In this document: positions 37,536 through 47,376 of the stretch, one piece after another
Numbering within the stretch: position 1 is the first letter of the stretch
How the letters are laid out: each line of letters starts with the position of its first letter
Source: a virus
IMG/VR virus record: IMGVR_UViG_3300047551_001325
Location: 1 to 64,000 of that record
Direction: 5' to 3' (one strand)
DNA length: 64,000 nucleotides
Translations under genes and position numbers: made by a program
Notes under the pieces: model-generated
Seen by the model: only the letters and a program-made list of their open reading frames with translations
Databases searched by the model: none
Told to the model about the DNA's origin: nothing

Positions 37536-38330
37536 TTGGAAAACTCAGTAGAAGTTGAGTCGTTTGATAACGCATTTAAAGACCCAGCACCTTCAATTGC
37601 TTTACCTGAAACAGTAATTGTTGAGCTCCACAGAGGTTTGTTAAACCCCAGCACTGGGCAATGGCAAACAACAGCCGAAGTTCGAGAACTTACAGGTAAA
37701 GACGAAGAGTTTTTAGCATCCCTTGAAAGTAACAAAACAATAACGTACGCCATGTACGTTAATCAATTAGTTAGCCGAGCTACTGTGCGTATTGGTGATA
37801 CACAGATTCAAGGAAACAAATCCCTTATTGAAGAGCTAATCACCGGAGACAGAGACACGTTGTTGCTTGGAATCATTAAGGCAACCTACGGACCAGAGCG
37901 CACTTTTACATATCCATGTGATTCTTGTAGAACACCAAACTCGATAACTATCGAACTTGACACTGACTTTCCAATGCAAACAGCAAAAGAAAATCTACGT
38001 GAACCTTTTGAAGTGGTATTTAAAAAAGGAAAAAAGGTAAAGTTTAGGTACCCAGTCGGTTCAGACAACATTGCAATGGGTAAAGGTGAAACCACAGCTC
38101 AACAAAGTACAATATTAATATCTCGTTGCGTGGTGTGGCCTGAGCACAGAGACTCCCTGTTTAACGAAGAGTGGGCAAAAAACCTATCTATGAACGATAG
38201 AAACCTAGTACTAAAGGCTCTACTTTCACCAAAAGTTGGCCCCAAGCTAGGGGAGGTGAATACCCAGTGCGTGCATTGTGGCGCTGATATAACTGTAAAT
38301 ATCGACTGGGTATCCCTTCTACTCGCCTAA
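37536..38330 (+). CDS. tail assembly chaperone / hub assembly protein
   Basis: VRELTGKDEE, GDRDTLLL, two CxxC; between tube and tape measure. Confidence 0.7.
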   Translation: MENSVEVESFDNAFKDPAPSIALPETVIVELHRGLLNPSTGQWQTTAEVRELTGKDEEFLASLESNKTITYAMYVNQLVSRATVRIGDTQIQGNKSLIEELITGDRDTLLLGIIKATYGPERTFTYPCDSCRTPNSITIELDTDFPMQTAKENLREPFEVVFKKGKKVKFRYPVGSDNIAMGKGETTAQQSTILISRCVVWPEHRDSLFNEEWAKNLSMNDRNLVLKALLSPKVGPKLGEVNTQCVHCGADITVNIDWVSLLLA

Positions 38331-38475
38331 TCTAAAAAGTATATACTGGGAATACGAAGGTGTGGCCTCTGTATACAAAGGGTTTAGTTTAAACGACATA
38401 CAGGACATGAGCGTCCGCCAAAGAGATTTTTGGTTTCGTATGGCTAAGTGGCGACTAACGGACGGAGGTGGTTAA
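38299..38475 (+). CDS. second chaperone segment, probably reached by frameshift
   Basis: Open 58-codon frame (+1 to the chaperone) ending at TAATG of the tape measure; no well-placed start. Confidence 0.55.
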   Translation: MSTGYPFYSPNLKSIYWEYEGVASVYKGFSLNDIQDMSVRQRDFWFRMAKWRLTDGGG

Positions 38476-41400
38476 TGGCAACTGATGACGACATTCAGAA
38501 AATGGTTTCAAAAGAAACCCAGTCGATGGCTAGAGCTGAAGTTGGTATTAACGCCGACACCACCGATCTAAAAAACATTACAGACGCCCTCAAGAAAGCA
38601 AAAGAAGAGGGAGAACGTCTAGCTGTATCTTTGGGCAAAGCTGTACAAGCTATGAAGAGCTTGAAAGAAATGGGCCTTGTTCAAGTATACGACCAGTCCG
38701 CGCATTGGAGCGGTGGTCAAGGAGGAGCAGGAGGTGCCGGCCAATTAAGTGTTGGAAGCACTCCCGTAGCTGGGTCTAAGCCAAGCCACCCAGCTCCTGT
38801 TGTTCCAGCACCAAACGCTGTTGTTGCGGCAGGAGGAGCTTCACCAGGTATATCAGCGGTTGCAGCTGGGTCACCACTTGGTTCCGGATTTGCGGCGCAG
38901 TTCTTAAGAGGAGCAGCAGGTGCTGGAGCACCAGGTGTTCCTGGAATCCTCGGTGGTGGTGGTACTGGTGCAATTGGTACTGCCGGACAGCTTGGAGCAG
39001 GTGGTTTTGGGGCCGGAAACATTGGAGCAATAGTTGGCAGTCTAGGTAGCCAAATTGTCCAAGCAATTGACAAACGTGTTGAATCTGGCAGAGCCTACAC
39101 CTTAGCCGCAGACAAGAGCACATTGGTTATGCAGCAACTCACTGGTATGAGCCAAAGTGGGGTTATGAATAACTTAAGAATGCCATTAACCCAATACAAA
39201 CTTGGCGTTAACGGCATCAATGAGATGATGGACTTACAAGCAAGGACGGGCATAAACGCGGCTGGACAGGCTAGAAGCGTTGAGTTCATGAGAACCCTGA
39301 GTGGGTTTACAATGGGGGCTGCTGGAGCTACTGGAATCATTGAAAGCCTTGCTGATCCAGAGACTGTAAACAAAATGTTTATGATGACTGGTATGAGTTT
39401 AATTGGACCAGGTGGTAAACAGCGTTCAACTCAGTCCCTGATTGAAAACCTTGCAAAACGCGCTGGGTTAATGGACCCTAAACTTGCAGCAACAGCAATG
39501 GCCCCGGGTTCGGTATCAAGAGCAACCCTTTCACAAATGGGTGTTACTGGCGATATGCAAGAACAAGTTTTAAGATTTGCCCAATCAAACGCAGCGTTTC
39601 GTAAACGTGGTGGAAAAGGTACATACGATCCAACAAAAGAAGAAGATCGTAAACTTATGGGTATTGACGACACCTTCGCTATGGAGGCAGAGGAGACCCA
39701 ACGCAGACGAGGCAAGCGTGAAGAACAGTTTTATAGAGACCAAGCGGACGCTTATGCAAAACTTGAAAGGCAGACCCAAAGACTTACTGACGCTATGGCT
39801 AAGTTTGAACACGCAATGGAAGGGATTATTGGTGCAAGAACCGGAAGTCGAGTAGGTCAAAAGTTGCTTGGTGGATTAGCCGGTGCAGGAGGAATGGGTT
39901 TACTTGGCATGGGTGTTGCAACTTTAGCTACTGGTGGAGCTGCTGGTGGGTTATTGCTTGGTGGAGCCGTTCTTAGCGGCATAGGAAAAATACTTGGTGA
40001 CCCCAACACAAGTGATGACTTTGCATCGTCTATCTGGACACCACGTTCAAGTAGTTCTACTGTTGTTGGTAGCAGTACAGCTACTGTGCCAGCAGGCACA
40101 CCAGCAATACCTATAACTCCTGATGTCCCTGCGGCAATAACTCCAGACCCAGAAACCGCTCCTTTGCAGCTTTGGGAAGCTGGTCAATACGATGTGTTTA
40201 GGACTGGGTTAAAGTCAACCTTTAGCGATTCATTTTTGCAAACTCAATATAGCGGTAAAAGTGAACACACTATAAAAAATAGTGGTGAGTTTAATGAGTT
40301 AAATGGTGCCCTTAGAAAAGCCATAAACAGTATGGCTGACAGGGCAATGGTTGAGGCTGGCTTGGACATCAACCTTGTAAGCGGTCGCCGTTCTACCGAT
40401 GAACAGTTAAAACTTTTCCTTGAAAGATACCAAGTAGCACCACCTGGGGTAAAAGAATACAAAGACGCTTTTGATGGTAAATACTATAAAGTTAAAAACT
40501 TTTATGGTTCTAATTGGATGAAAAAGCCTCAAAATAGTGATCCTCCAGTAGCTGTGCCAGGAACTTCTTTACATGAAATTGGAATGGCCGCAGACATTGA
40601 TATGTCTGATCCAAGAGTTGCTCAGTGGGTAAGAAACAACAAATGGAGATTTAACCTAGTCAATGGAGAAGGCGAAGAACACCACTTGCAGCTTGCTTGG
40701 ACAAAAGATATGACCTTAAGTCAATTCTTAGGAAAAACAGGTTTAAGTATTGAACAGGCAACTAAGAACACACATGTTGCTATGCAAGGTAGCAGTCGTT
40801 ACACAAACTCATTTAGACCTGGATTTGGAGTAGATATAAATAGATTTTCTGAAGCGCTTCTTAGAAGATGGGGTTACACAGTAACACCAGAGAAGGTAAT
40901 GCTTCTTAGAGCATGGTCAGATAAAGAAGGAACAGGTGGTTCCTATAACCCAATGAACGTCATTTCTGGAAACAACAGAGTTGATCCGTCTACTGGATAC
41001 GAGAGAGCCGAAACAAACTATAACAGTAATGGTGGTGGCATGTATCCAGTACAAAACTTTGATAGTTTTGAACAAGGCGTTGAGTACACTGCTCTTCATT
41101 TAGGCACAAACAACCAAGCACTTATGGGAATCTTGGCTCAACCACGTCCAACAATTGACCAAATTAGAACAGTGCTGTCATCTGTAAACAGAAAAACAAT
41201 GCTTAACATTTTTAACGGGTATGCAAATCGCTACCAAGATCCTGACTATGGGGTAAAAGGGCTCTACAATATAAATGGAATGGATTTTGGAAAAAAACTA
41301 GCTGGTTATTCTGGAGATCCACAGCGATCAATGAGTGGTTCTACATTGTCTCCAATTTCTATGCCATCAACTGCTGCTGCTGCAACTCCGGTTGTTGGTA

Positions 41401-41570
41401 ATAACCCTGTAGTTCAACAAGGTAGCACTATAACTATATCTCCAGTAATTAACATGACTACTACTGGGGCTTCAGGCAGTGTTAGTGAATATGACCTAAG
41501 ATTAATGGCAAAACGAATTGCCAAATTAATTGAACAAGAAACCAACCTTGATAAAATTAGGAGATCATAG
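38475..41570 (+). CDS. tape measure protein with C-terminal cell-wall hydrolase domains
   Basis: Ala/Gly helical body; SGRRS..Q, PGTSLHEIGMAADI, EEHH (M15-like); further YNPMN...F...G segment. Confidence 0.85.
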   Translation: MATDDDIQKMVSKETQSMARAEVGINADTTDLKNITDALKKAKEEGERLAVSLGKAVQAMKSLKEMGLVQVYDQSAHWSGGQGGAGGAGQLSVGSTPVAGSKPSHPAPVVPAPNAVVAAGGASPGISAVAAGSPLGSGFAAQFLRGAAGAGAPGVPGILGGGGTGAIGTAGQLGAGGFGAGNIGAIVGSLGSQIVQAIDKRVESGRAYTLAADKSTLVMQQLTGMSQSGVMNNLRMPLTQYKLGVNGINEMMDLQARTGINAAGQARSVEFMRTLSGFTMGAAGATGIIESLADPETVNKMFMMTGMSLIGPGGKQRSTQSLIENLAKRAGLMDPKLAATAMAPGSVSRATLSQMGVTGDMQEQVLRFAQSNAAFRKRGGKGTYDPTKEEDRKLMGIDDTFAMEAEETQRRRGKREEQFYRDQADAYAKLERQTQRLTDAMAKFEHAMEGIIGARTGSRVGQKLLGGLAGAGGMGLLGMGVATLATGGAAGGLLLGGAVLSGIGKILGDPNTSDDFASSIWTPRSSSSTVVGSSTATVPAGTPAIPITPDVPAAITPDPETAPLQLWEAGQYDVFRTGLKSTFSDSFLQTQYSGKSEHTIKNSGEFNELNGALRKAINSMADRAMVEAGLDINLVSGRRSTDEQLKLFLERYQVAPPGVKEYKDAFDGKYYKVKNFYGSNWMKKPQNSDPPVAVPGTSLHEIGMAADIDMSDPRVAQWVRNNKWRFNLVNGEGEEHHLQLAWTKDMTLSQFLGKTGLSIEQATKNTHVAMQGSSRYTNSFRPGFGVDINRFSEALLRRWGYTVTPEKVMLLRAWSDKEGTGGSYNPMNVISGNNRVDPSTGYERAETNYNSNGGGMYPVQNFDSFEQGVEYTALHLGTNNQALMGILAQPRPTIDQIRTVLSSVNRKTMLNIFNGYANRYQDPDYGVKGLYNINGMDFGKKLAGYSGDPQRSMSGSTLSPISMPSTAAAATPVVGNNPVVQQGSTITISPVINMTTTGASGSVSEYDLRLMAKRIAKLIEQETNLDKIRRS

Positions 41571-41572
41571 TC

Positions 41573-43846
41573 ATGGCTTATAAGACTGATCGTAATAGCT
41601 TATTTAGTCAGCTTCCTCCTGGCGTAAGACAGGGTGAAGTCACTAACGGTCAAACCGTTGAAAACCAAGCATTTCAATTTCCAACTAATATTGCTAGGGT
41701 TGCTAGTAGTGCTAATCTACAAAAAGGTGCATTGTCCGACGCTAACGCTGAGAGCGTTACATTAACGCGTGGATTTATGCGAAACCTAATGACCGATCTT
41801 GGTGAAAACCAACCAAGATTCCCTGACGTTAGGTGTTTTTTTCAGTTTAACCCACAGGATATTGAACACGTAATTGAAGCACGAAAAGACATGTATCTTC
41901 CGATACTCCAAGATCCTCAACAGCTACGCCAACCAATGGCCGGTAATGCAATGTTCAACTTTGAACTAATCTTTGACAGGACAATGGAAGTTAACACACA
42001 GACATACAAAACCGTTTCTCGTGGTGGTGAACCTATACCAGATTCAACATCACCAGGTACTGTTGGTGTGTTTCATGATTTAAGAGTGTTGTATTCAATA
42101 ATAGGCCAAGGCCTTAGTGAAGAGCTACTAGCCGCACAGCAAGTAAAACTAAAAAATGATGCTAAAGCATTTGCTATAAAAAACTATAGTTCTTTAAACG
42201 TTCAATACAACGCAGAAAGTGACGCGTTCACGTCAAATAAAACTCTTACAAACCCAGAAGACGATGTGTATTCCGATGATCCCAACTCAGTTGCAACTGC
42301 CGACTTCCTAAACAAACTAACGTCTGATCCAACGTCAATTAACAGTTTCCTTGCTGATTTTAATATTGGAAACTCTGCATTTTTAATACCGCAACCATGT
42401 CGAGTAGTGTTCTCCCCTGTGTTTATGGTTGATGGATTTGTTATGGGTACCAAAGTATTGTTTACTAAATTTAGTACAAAAATGATACCTACTCAATGCA
42501 AAGTATATATAACTATGCAAGCAACTTATTTAGGGTTTGCTAGAGCAAAAACATTTGTAACTGAGCAACTTGATGAAACAGCTAGGCAAAACACCGAGGA
42601 TGAACGCACGGCGGTTTCCGAGGTTGGAGCCGTAGGTACTGAACTTTCTTCAGCTGTTTCAAACACAGTAGTAGGGTTTTCTAGTGATCCAAGGGTAATC
42701 ACACAACCAAGTGGTTCTTCTTCTGGTGAAAACTCTATAGTGTATTATGAATCAAAATTAAATAACATATCAACTCGTGTTGGCTGGGCTTACCAACCAT
42801 TATGGTTATTTGCTACAAAAGACTTTTGGTATACTCGCCCAACTGTAGCCCAGTATGTTGGAGCACCACCAGGTGTTGGTTCAAAAGAGTTCGTAGTTGG
42901 AAGTGGAGAGTATGACCCAACGTACTCACTACAGTCCCCTACATACACTAGAACTCCCGCGTTTCAACCGCAACTTTCAGTGCGTGTCTGCCCAAGTGAA
43001 GCAGACAAAACTAGAATAAAAGAAAAGATATTTGAAGCACTGCAGTCATCAAATCCAAAACTTAACTTTGAAATAAAAGTTCATTTTTTTGGGCCATTTT
43101 CAACCGAAGGTGCTGCTAATTCATTTTTGTCTACAAACATAGGACAAACGCCTTTTCAATCTCTCTCAAAAGAGTCAATTAGTGCTCTCTATGTAGGAAA
43201 GTATGGAATTACTAAAGAGATTGGCACAAAAGAAAAATGGGATGATTACGCAAAAGATCCGCAAAACTGGTCGATGGACATGGGTTCTTCTAATGACGAT
43301 ACAAACAAACGTAACACGGCTCCAAACCCTATTACAATAAATACTAAAAATTCATCAAATATTTCTATAGCAGATGCTGTGGACTCAAGAATTACAGCTG
43401 CATACGCTTCTGCTGTTTCTGAGTATGGGAGTACTGTAAACAATGCAATAAACTACACAAAAGCTCTGTACTACGATGGTGTATCCAGCAAAGTTGAAAA
43501 AGTAGACCCTAGGTGGAATGGTACAACTAATAATTTTAGAGATCAAATAGGAATGCCTGTAGAGGTTTACCAAATCACTACTGGGTATGCTAATCAGCAA
43601 GGAAGCGCTGCAGATAGATTGGACTCTCTTCTTCAACTAGTTGACTCTGTTCACCAATTGAGCAGTAAATACTTTGCGGTTGTTGTCGACGCAGTTGTTA
43701 AATACTCTATTGAAACAGAAGCTGGTATCTACAAACAGGCATCTCCCGGTGGTGTTAGATCATCGTTTGTTGCTTTGGGGGGAACAATTGGAAAACAAAC
43801 GTCACTTAACTTTGGATGGGGAGGGTTGGCAATAGTGCCAATTTGA
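41573..43846 (+). CDS. tube initiator/baseplate hub protein
   Basis: FQFNP, FELIFDRT, FSTKMIP; follows the tape measure. Confidence 0.65.
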   Translation: MAYKTDRNSLFSQLPPGVRQGEVTNGQTVENQAFQFPTNIARVASSANLQKGALSDANAESVTLTRGFMRNLMTDLGENQPRFPDVRCFFQFNPQDIEHVIEARKDMYLPILQDPQQLRQPMAGNAMFNFELIFDRTMEVNTQTYKTVSRGGEPIPDSTSPGTVGVFHDLRVLYSIIGQGLSEELLAAQQVKLKNDAKAFAIKNYSSLNVQYNAESDAFTSNKTLTNPEDDVYSDDPNSVATADFLNKLTSDPTSINSFLADFNIGNSAFLIPQPCRVVFSPVFMVDGFVMGTKVLFTKFSTKMIPTQCKVYITMQATYLGFARAKTFVTEQLDETARQNTEDERTAVSEVGAVGTELSSAVSNTVVGFSSDPRVITQPSGSSSGENSIVYYESKLNNISTRVGWAYQPLWLFATKDFWYTRPTVAQYVGAPPGVGSKEFVVGSGEYDPTYSLQSPTYTRTPAFQPQLSVRVCPSEADKTRIKEKIFEALQSSNPKLNFEIKVHFFGPFSTEGAANSFLSTNIGQTPFQSLSKESISALYVGKYGITKEIGTKEKWDDYAKDPQNWSMDMGSSNDDTNKRNTAPNPITINTKNSSNISIADAVDSRITAAYASAVSEYGSTVNNAINYTKALYYDGVSSKVEKVDPRWNGTTNNFRDQIGMPVEVYQITTGYANQQGSAADRLDSLLQLVDSVHQLSSKYFAVVVDAVVKYSIETEAGIYKQASPGGVRSSFVALGGTIGKQTSLNFGWGGLAIVPI

Positions 43847-43849
43847 TAT

Positions 43850-44095
43850 ATGAAAACAAAATATTTATCATCCGACAGATACACTCTTGATGACTCCGGA
43901 CAAACAGCTTCAAGAACGCGCTTTATTGCTAGTGGCTATTCCGTGTACACATCAGTACAGGGTGACACTTTTATGTCATTAAGCATCCGATTTTTAGGAG
44001 ATCAATCGCGTTACTGGGAAATTGCCGACATTAATCCTCAAGTTGAATGGCCAGATAGGATACCTGTTGGAACAACACTTAGGATTCCAATATGA
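43850..44095 (+). CDS. LysM/tail-X-like baseplate protein
   Basis: QGDTF..LS.RFLGD...YWEIADINP...IPVGTTLRIP. Confidence 0.8.
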   Translation: MKTKYLSSDRYTLDDSGQTASRTRFIASGYSVYTSVQGDTFMSLSIRFLGDQSRYWEIADINPQVEWPDRIPVGTTLRIPI

Positions 44096-45255
44096 TTGGA
44101 CCGTCAATAAATAAGTTTTCTGCAAACTGTGTGTTTAAACTAAACGGTGTTGCTGTTGACTATTCAACAATTATTGAACATGAACTGGCTCTTTCTGAAA
44201 ACAAACATGATCTACTTATAGTCACAATGGCCGGTGTTCCGGCAGCTGCCGTAACAGACTACATTGGAGTTCCCGTTTCTTTTTCTCTTGGAGAAGGTTT
44301 TGGAACATCTCAAAAGTTTGTTGGGTATGTATCATACGTAGAGCCAATGCATAACGCCAAAGATGGGTTGATCAACAAAAGCCCAATACAACTTGTAAAA
44401 GTTTACTGCATTGGTGCTTCAATGGTTATGAAAGAAGTTAGATCAAAAGTTTGGGAAAATCCAACACTGTCGGAAATAGTCACATTTATAGCCGAGACTC
44501 ATGGGTTTAGTGCCGACTTTCCAAAGGAAGACTACCGACCACTTAGATTGGTTCAATCAAACGAAAGTGACTGGTCTTTCTTAAATAGAGTTTGCAAAAA
44601 GTTTGGTTTGTCATTTTCCCTGCATGGAACACATCTCCATTTATGGGATCGTAATAAGTTTACTGGGAGAACTTCATCATTCCACAGGGCTTTAACCAGC
44701 AACAACACTCAAGATAACCGCCCATTTTATGTTCTTAACTTTGAAGCAACTCTTGGAAAGATATCGTCTTCCGGCGATAGAAGTAGAAGTGTTGTTACTG
44801 TTCTAGATTCGCAAAACAATATACATGTAGTTGTTGATGAATCGTCAGAGTATTTTCCAGGGTCATCTGATTCTCCAAAATTGTTTAAAAAACCACTTAC
44901 CCTTTCTTTAAACTCATTGGAAGAAGGAATAAGAACTATTGATTCTTACGATAAATACAACTCAATTTATAACGCAAAAATTAATGTAATGTATGGCGGA
45001 GGAGCTGTACCCGGTGGCATACTTTACCTTGATGGGTTTTCATCAAAATTTGACGGATTTTGGTACATATCTGATGTTACGCATTTTATTAAATCTGAAA
45101 ACTATGTAACAGAATTAGTTTTAGCAAAATCAGAAGAATTTAGTGAAATTATAGATACATCTAATGTCACTAGTTTTAAAGAACCACCGGAGTACAAAAT
45201 GAATTTTAATGAGCAGTGGGTTGCCAGCACAGTAAAGGTCTCTGAATATGCCTAG
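44092..45255 (+). CDS. baseplate hub (GpD/gp27-like)
   Basis: QSNESDWSFLNR, FDGFWYISDVTH. Confidence 0.8.
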   Translation: MIGPSINKFSANCVFKLNGVAVDYSTIIEHELALSENKHDLLIVTMAGVPAAAVTDYIGVPVSFSLGEGFGTSQKFVGYVSYVEPMHNAKDGLINKSPIQLVKVYCIGASMVMKEVRSKVWENPTLSEIVTFIAETHGFSADFPKEDYRPLRLVQSNESDWSFLNRVCKKFGLSFSLHGTHLHLWDRNKFTGRTSSFHRALTSNNTQDNRPFYVLNFEATLGKISSSGDRSRSVVTVLDSQNNIHVVVDESSEYFPGSSDSPKLFKKPLTLSLNSLEEGIRTIDSYDKYNSIYNAKINVMYGGGAVPGGILYLDGFSSKFDGFWYISDVTHFIKSENYVTELVLAKSEEFSEIIDTSNVTSFKEPPEYKMNFNEQWVASTVKVSEYA

Positions 45256-45481
45256 TTCTGATATAACCCTTCACAGAGCTTTGGTAGTTCGTCGATCTGG
45301 AAACGATATCTACGTTAAGATACCAAGCCTATTGGGCGCTACCGAATCAATCGCAGTACACACCCCAAAGACTCCTTCCGCAAATTGGCCTCCTGCAGAT
45401 AACTCCCAGATAATCGTGGCAGTTGAAGGGGAAAACTTTAATAAAGTGTATGCTGTATCAAATATAGATATTGGAATTTAG
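45248..45481 (+). CDS. short spike-like OB-fold protein
   Basis: HRALVV...IYVKIPSL...P...IIVAVEG. Confidence 0.55.
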   Translation: MPSSDITLHRALVVRRSGNDIYVKIPSLLGATESIAVHTPKTPSANWPPADNSQIIVAVEGENFNKVYAVSNIDIGI

Positions 45482-45494
45482 TTTGAGGTGATCT

Positions 45495-45893
45495 ATGAAA
45501 TCAATAAAAATACCATTCTCTTTTGTTGGTGGAAAAGTTAACGCAACCACAGATGAATCTTCTATTGCTAACCAAAAAATAGAAAGTGTTCTGACAACCT
45601 CACGAGGAGAACGCATTTTAAATCAAACTTTTGGAAGTGACATAAAGAAGCTTGTTAACGAAGTACCTACCGATAGCATTTTAGCTGATGCTAAAATAGA
45701 ATCTATGTATGACTTAAAAAGTCAAGTATCTGGTGTACAAATAATTGATATGAATTTTGATCTTGATTCACTAACTAGCGACGACCCAACACTAAATGTG
45801 TATGTTACATACAAACTACCGTTGGGTACATTTAGAACTGGAAGAGTTAAACTTGCTGTTCCTGGAATAATTACAGAAGATACGATTGTGTAG
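45495..45893 (+). CDS. baseplate wedge gp25-like
   Basis: VLTTSRGERI...FGS. Confidence 0.82.
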   Translation: MKSIKIPFSFVGGKVNATTDESSIANQKIESVLTTSRGERILNQTFGSDIKKLVNEVPTDSILADAKIESMYDLKSQVSGVQIIDMNFDLDSLTSDDPTLNVYVTYKLPLGTFRTGRVKLAVPGIITEDTIV

Positions 45894-45900
45894 GTAACTA

Positions 45901-47373
45901 ATGGCATCTGATCAAACATTCAACTACGCAAGTAGAACATACGGAACAATCCGACAAGACCTTCTGGCTCGGGCATCAACCGTTGTCCCCGAATGGACTG
46001 ACCGAGATGCATCTGATTTTGGTATGTTGTTTGTAGACCTATGGTCTTATATGGGCGACATCATACACTACTATGTCGATAGGACTGGTAGAGAGTCTTT
46101 TATATCAACTGCTACGCAAAGAGAGAGCCTTATTGCATACGCAAACATGTTTGGGTACAAACCAAGCGGTAGAGAATCAGCAAGAGGTTCTGTGTATATT
46201 TCAAACTCTTCTGGTGCATCTGCATACACTTTGCCAATAAACTCCCAGTTGCGTGCTACTTACGACAACATTAACTACAACTTTTACACCACAAACGCAA
46301 TAACTATTGCGCCAGGTACTACTGAAGAAGTAGAAATAGTTGAAGGTAAAATAACCACTAATGATGTTTTAACAACATCTTCTTCTGGTGCTCCAAACCA
46401 ATCCTATATCCTTACAAATGCAGACCCAGCAATTTCCACTATTGAATTAACGGTCACTGAGGACGGCGTTGATGTACCCTACCTACAATACGCAGATGCT
46501 CAAGATATGTCATCTGGATCAAGAGGTTTTCTTGTAAAGCTCACCTCAGCAGGAACAGTCCAAATAACTTTTGGTAACCGTATTAATGGGTTTGTGCCGC
46601 CGGCTGGATCTAGGATAACAGCCTCGTACACTAGAAGTTCTGGCGTAAATGGAAACCTTGGTTCTAACTTAATAACTTCGTTTGTTGAATCACACCCTAG
46701 TTACATAACTATTTCCTCTTCCACTACAACAACTGGTGGAACCAACGGGGAGACTGCGGAGAGTCTTAAAGCCAACATTATCTCGTCAATACGCACGCAA
46801 GATAGGGCCGTAACTCTCCAAGACTACGCTGATATAGCTAAAAGTGTTTCTGGTGTTTACAAAGCTGTGGCTGCATACACACCAGCGTCTGCTGGAAGTT
46901 CGGCTGGAGCTTCTGTAACTGTTTATGCATTGCCATATGTGAGTGACTTTTTAACAACGTCTAGTTACTCAATTACTGTTCCATCTACCATTAAAACAGA
47001 CGTAGTAGACAAGTTGTCCACTAGAAGTATGGTTGGTGTTACGCCAGTCGCTGCAAGTTCAGTTACCTTGCGACGATTAGATATTATTGCATCTATACAA
47101 GTTTCGGAAGGGTTTGTAAAAAGCTGGGTTGAAGCAAATGTAAGAAACGCCCTGGACGGATTATTTACATTTGATAACGCAGACTTTGGAAAAGAAATAA
47201 AAAAGGGTGAAGTTTACAAACTTTTGATGAACCTTACTGGTGTTGACTACATTGACATATCATCTTTTGTAATAAAAGATGGGTCAAATAACACTATTAC
47301 TGCTCTTGATCCAGCACACGTACTACGAAAGGGGACTATAACACTTACGTTCTCTGGAGGGATGGGTAGCTAA
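45901..47373 (+). CDS. baseplate J-like wedge protein
   Basis: PEWTD...DFG, FGN...G.VP, RAVTLQDY. Confidence 0.85.
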   Translation: MASDQTFNYASRTYGTIRQDLLARASTVVPEWTDRDASDFGMLFVDLWSYMGDIIHYYVDRTGRESFISTATQRESLIAYANMFGYKPSGRESARGSVYISNSSGASAYTLPINSQLRATYDNINYNFYTTNAITIAPGTTEEVEIVEGKITTNDVLTTSSSGAPNQSYILTNADPAISTIELTVTEDGVDVPYLQYADAQDMSSGSRGFLVKLTSAGTVQITFGNRINGFVPPAGSRITASYTRSSGVNGNLGSNLITSFVESHPSYITISSSTTTTGGTNGETAESLKANIISSIRTQDRAVTLQDYADIAKSVSGVYKAVAAYTPASAGSSAGASVTVYALPYVSDFLTTSSYSITVPSTIKTDVVDKLSTRSMVGVTPVAASSVTLRRLDIIASIQVSEGFVKSWVEANVRNALDGLFTFDNADFGKEIKKGEVYKLLMNLTGVDYIDISSFVIKDGSNNTITALDPAHVLRKGTITLTFSGGMGS

Positions 47374-47376
47374 CAA

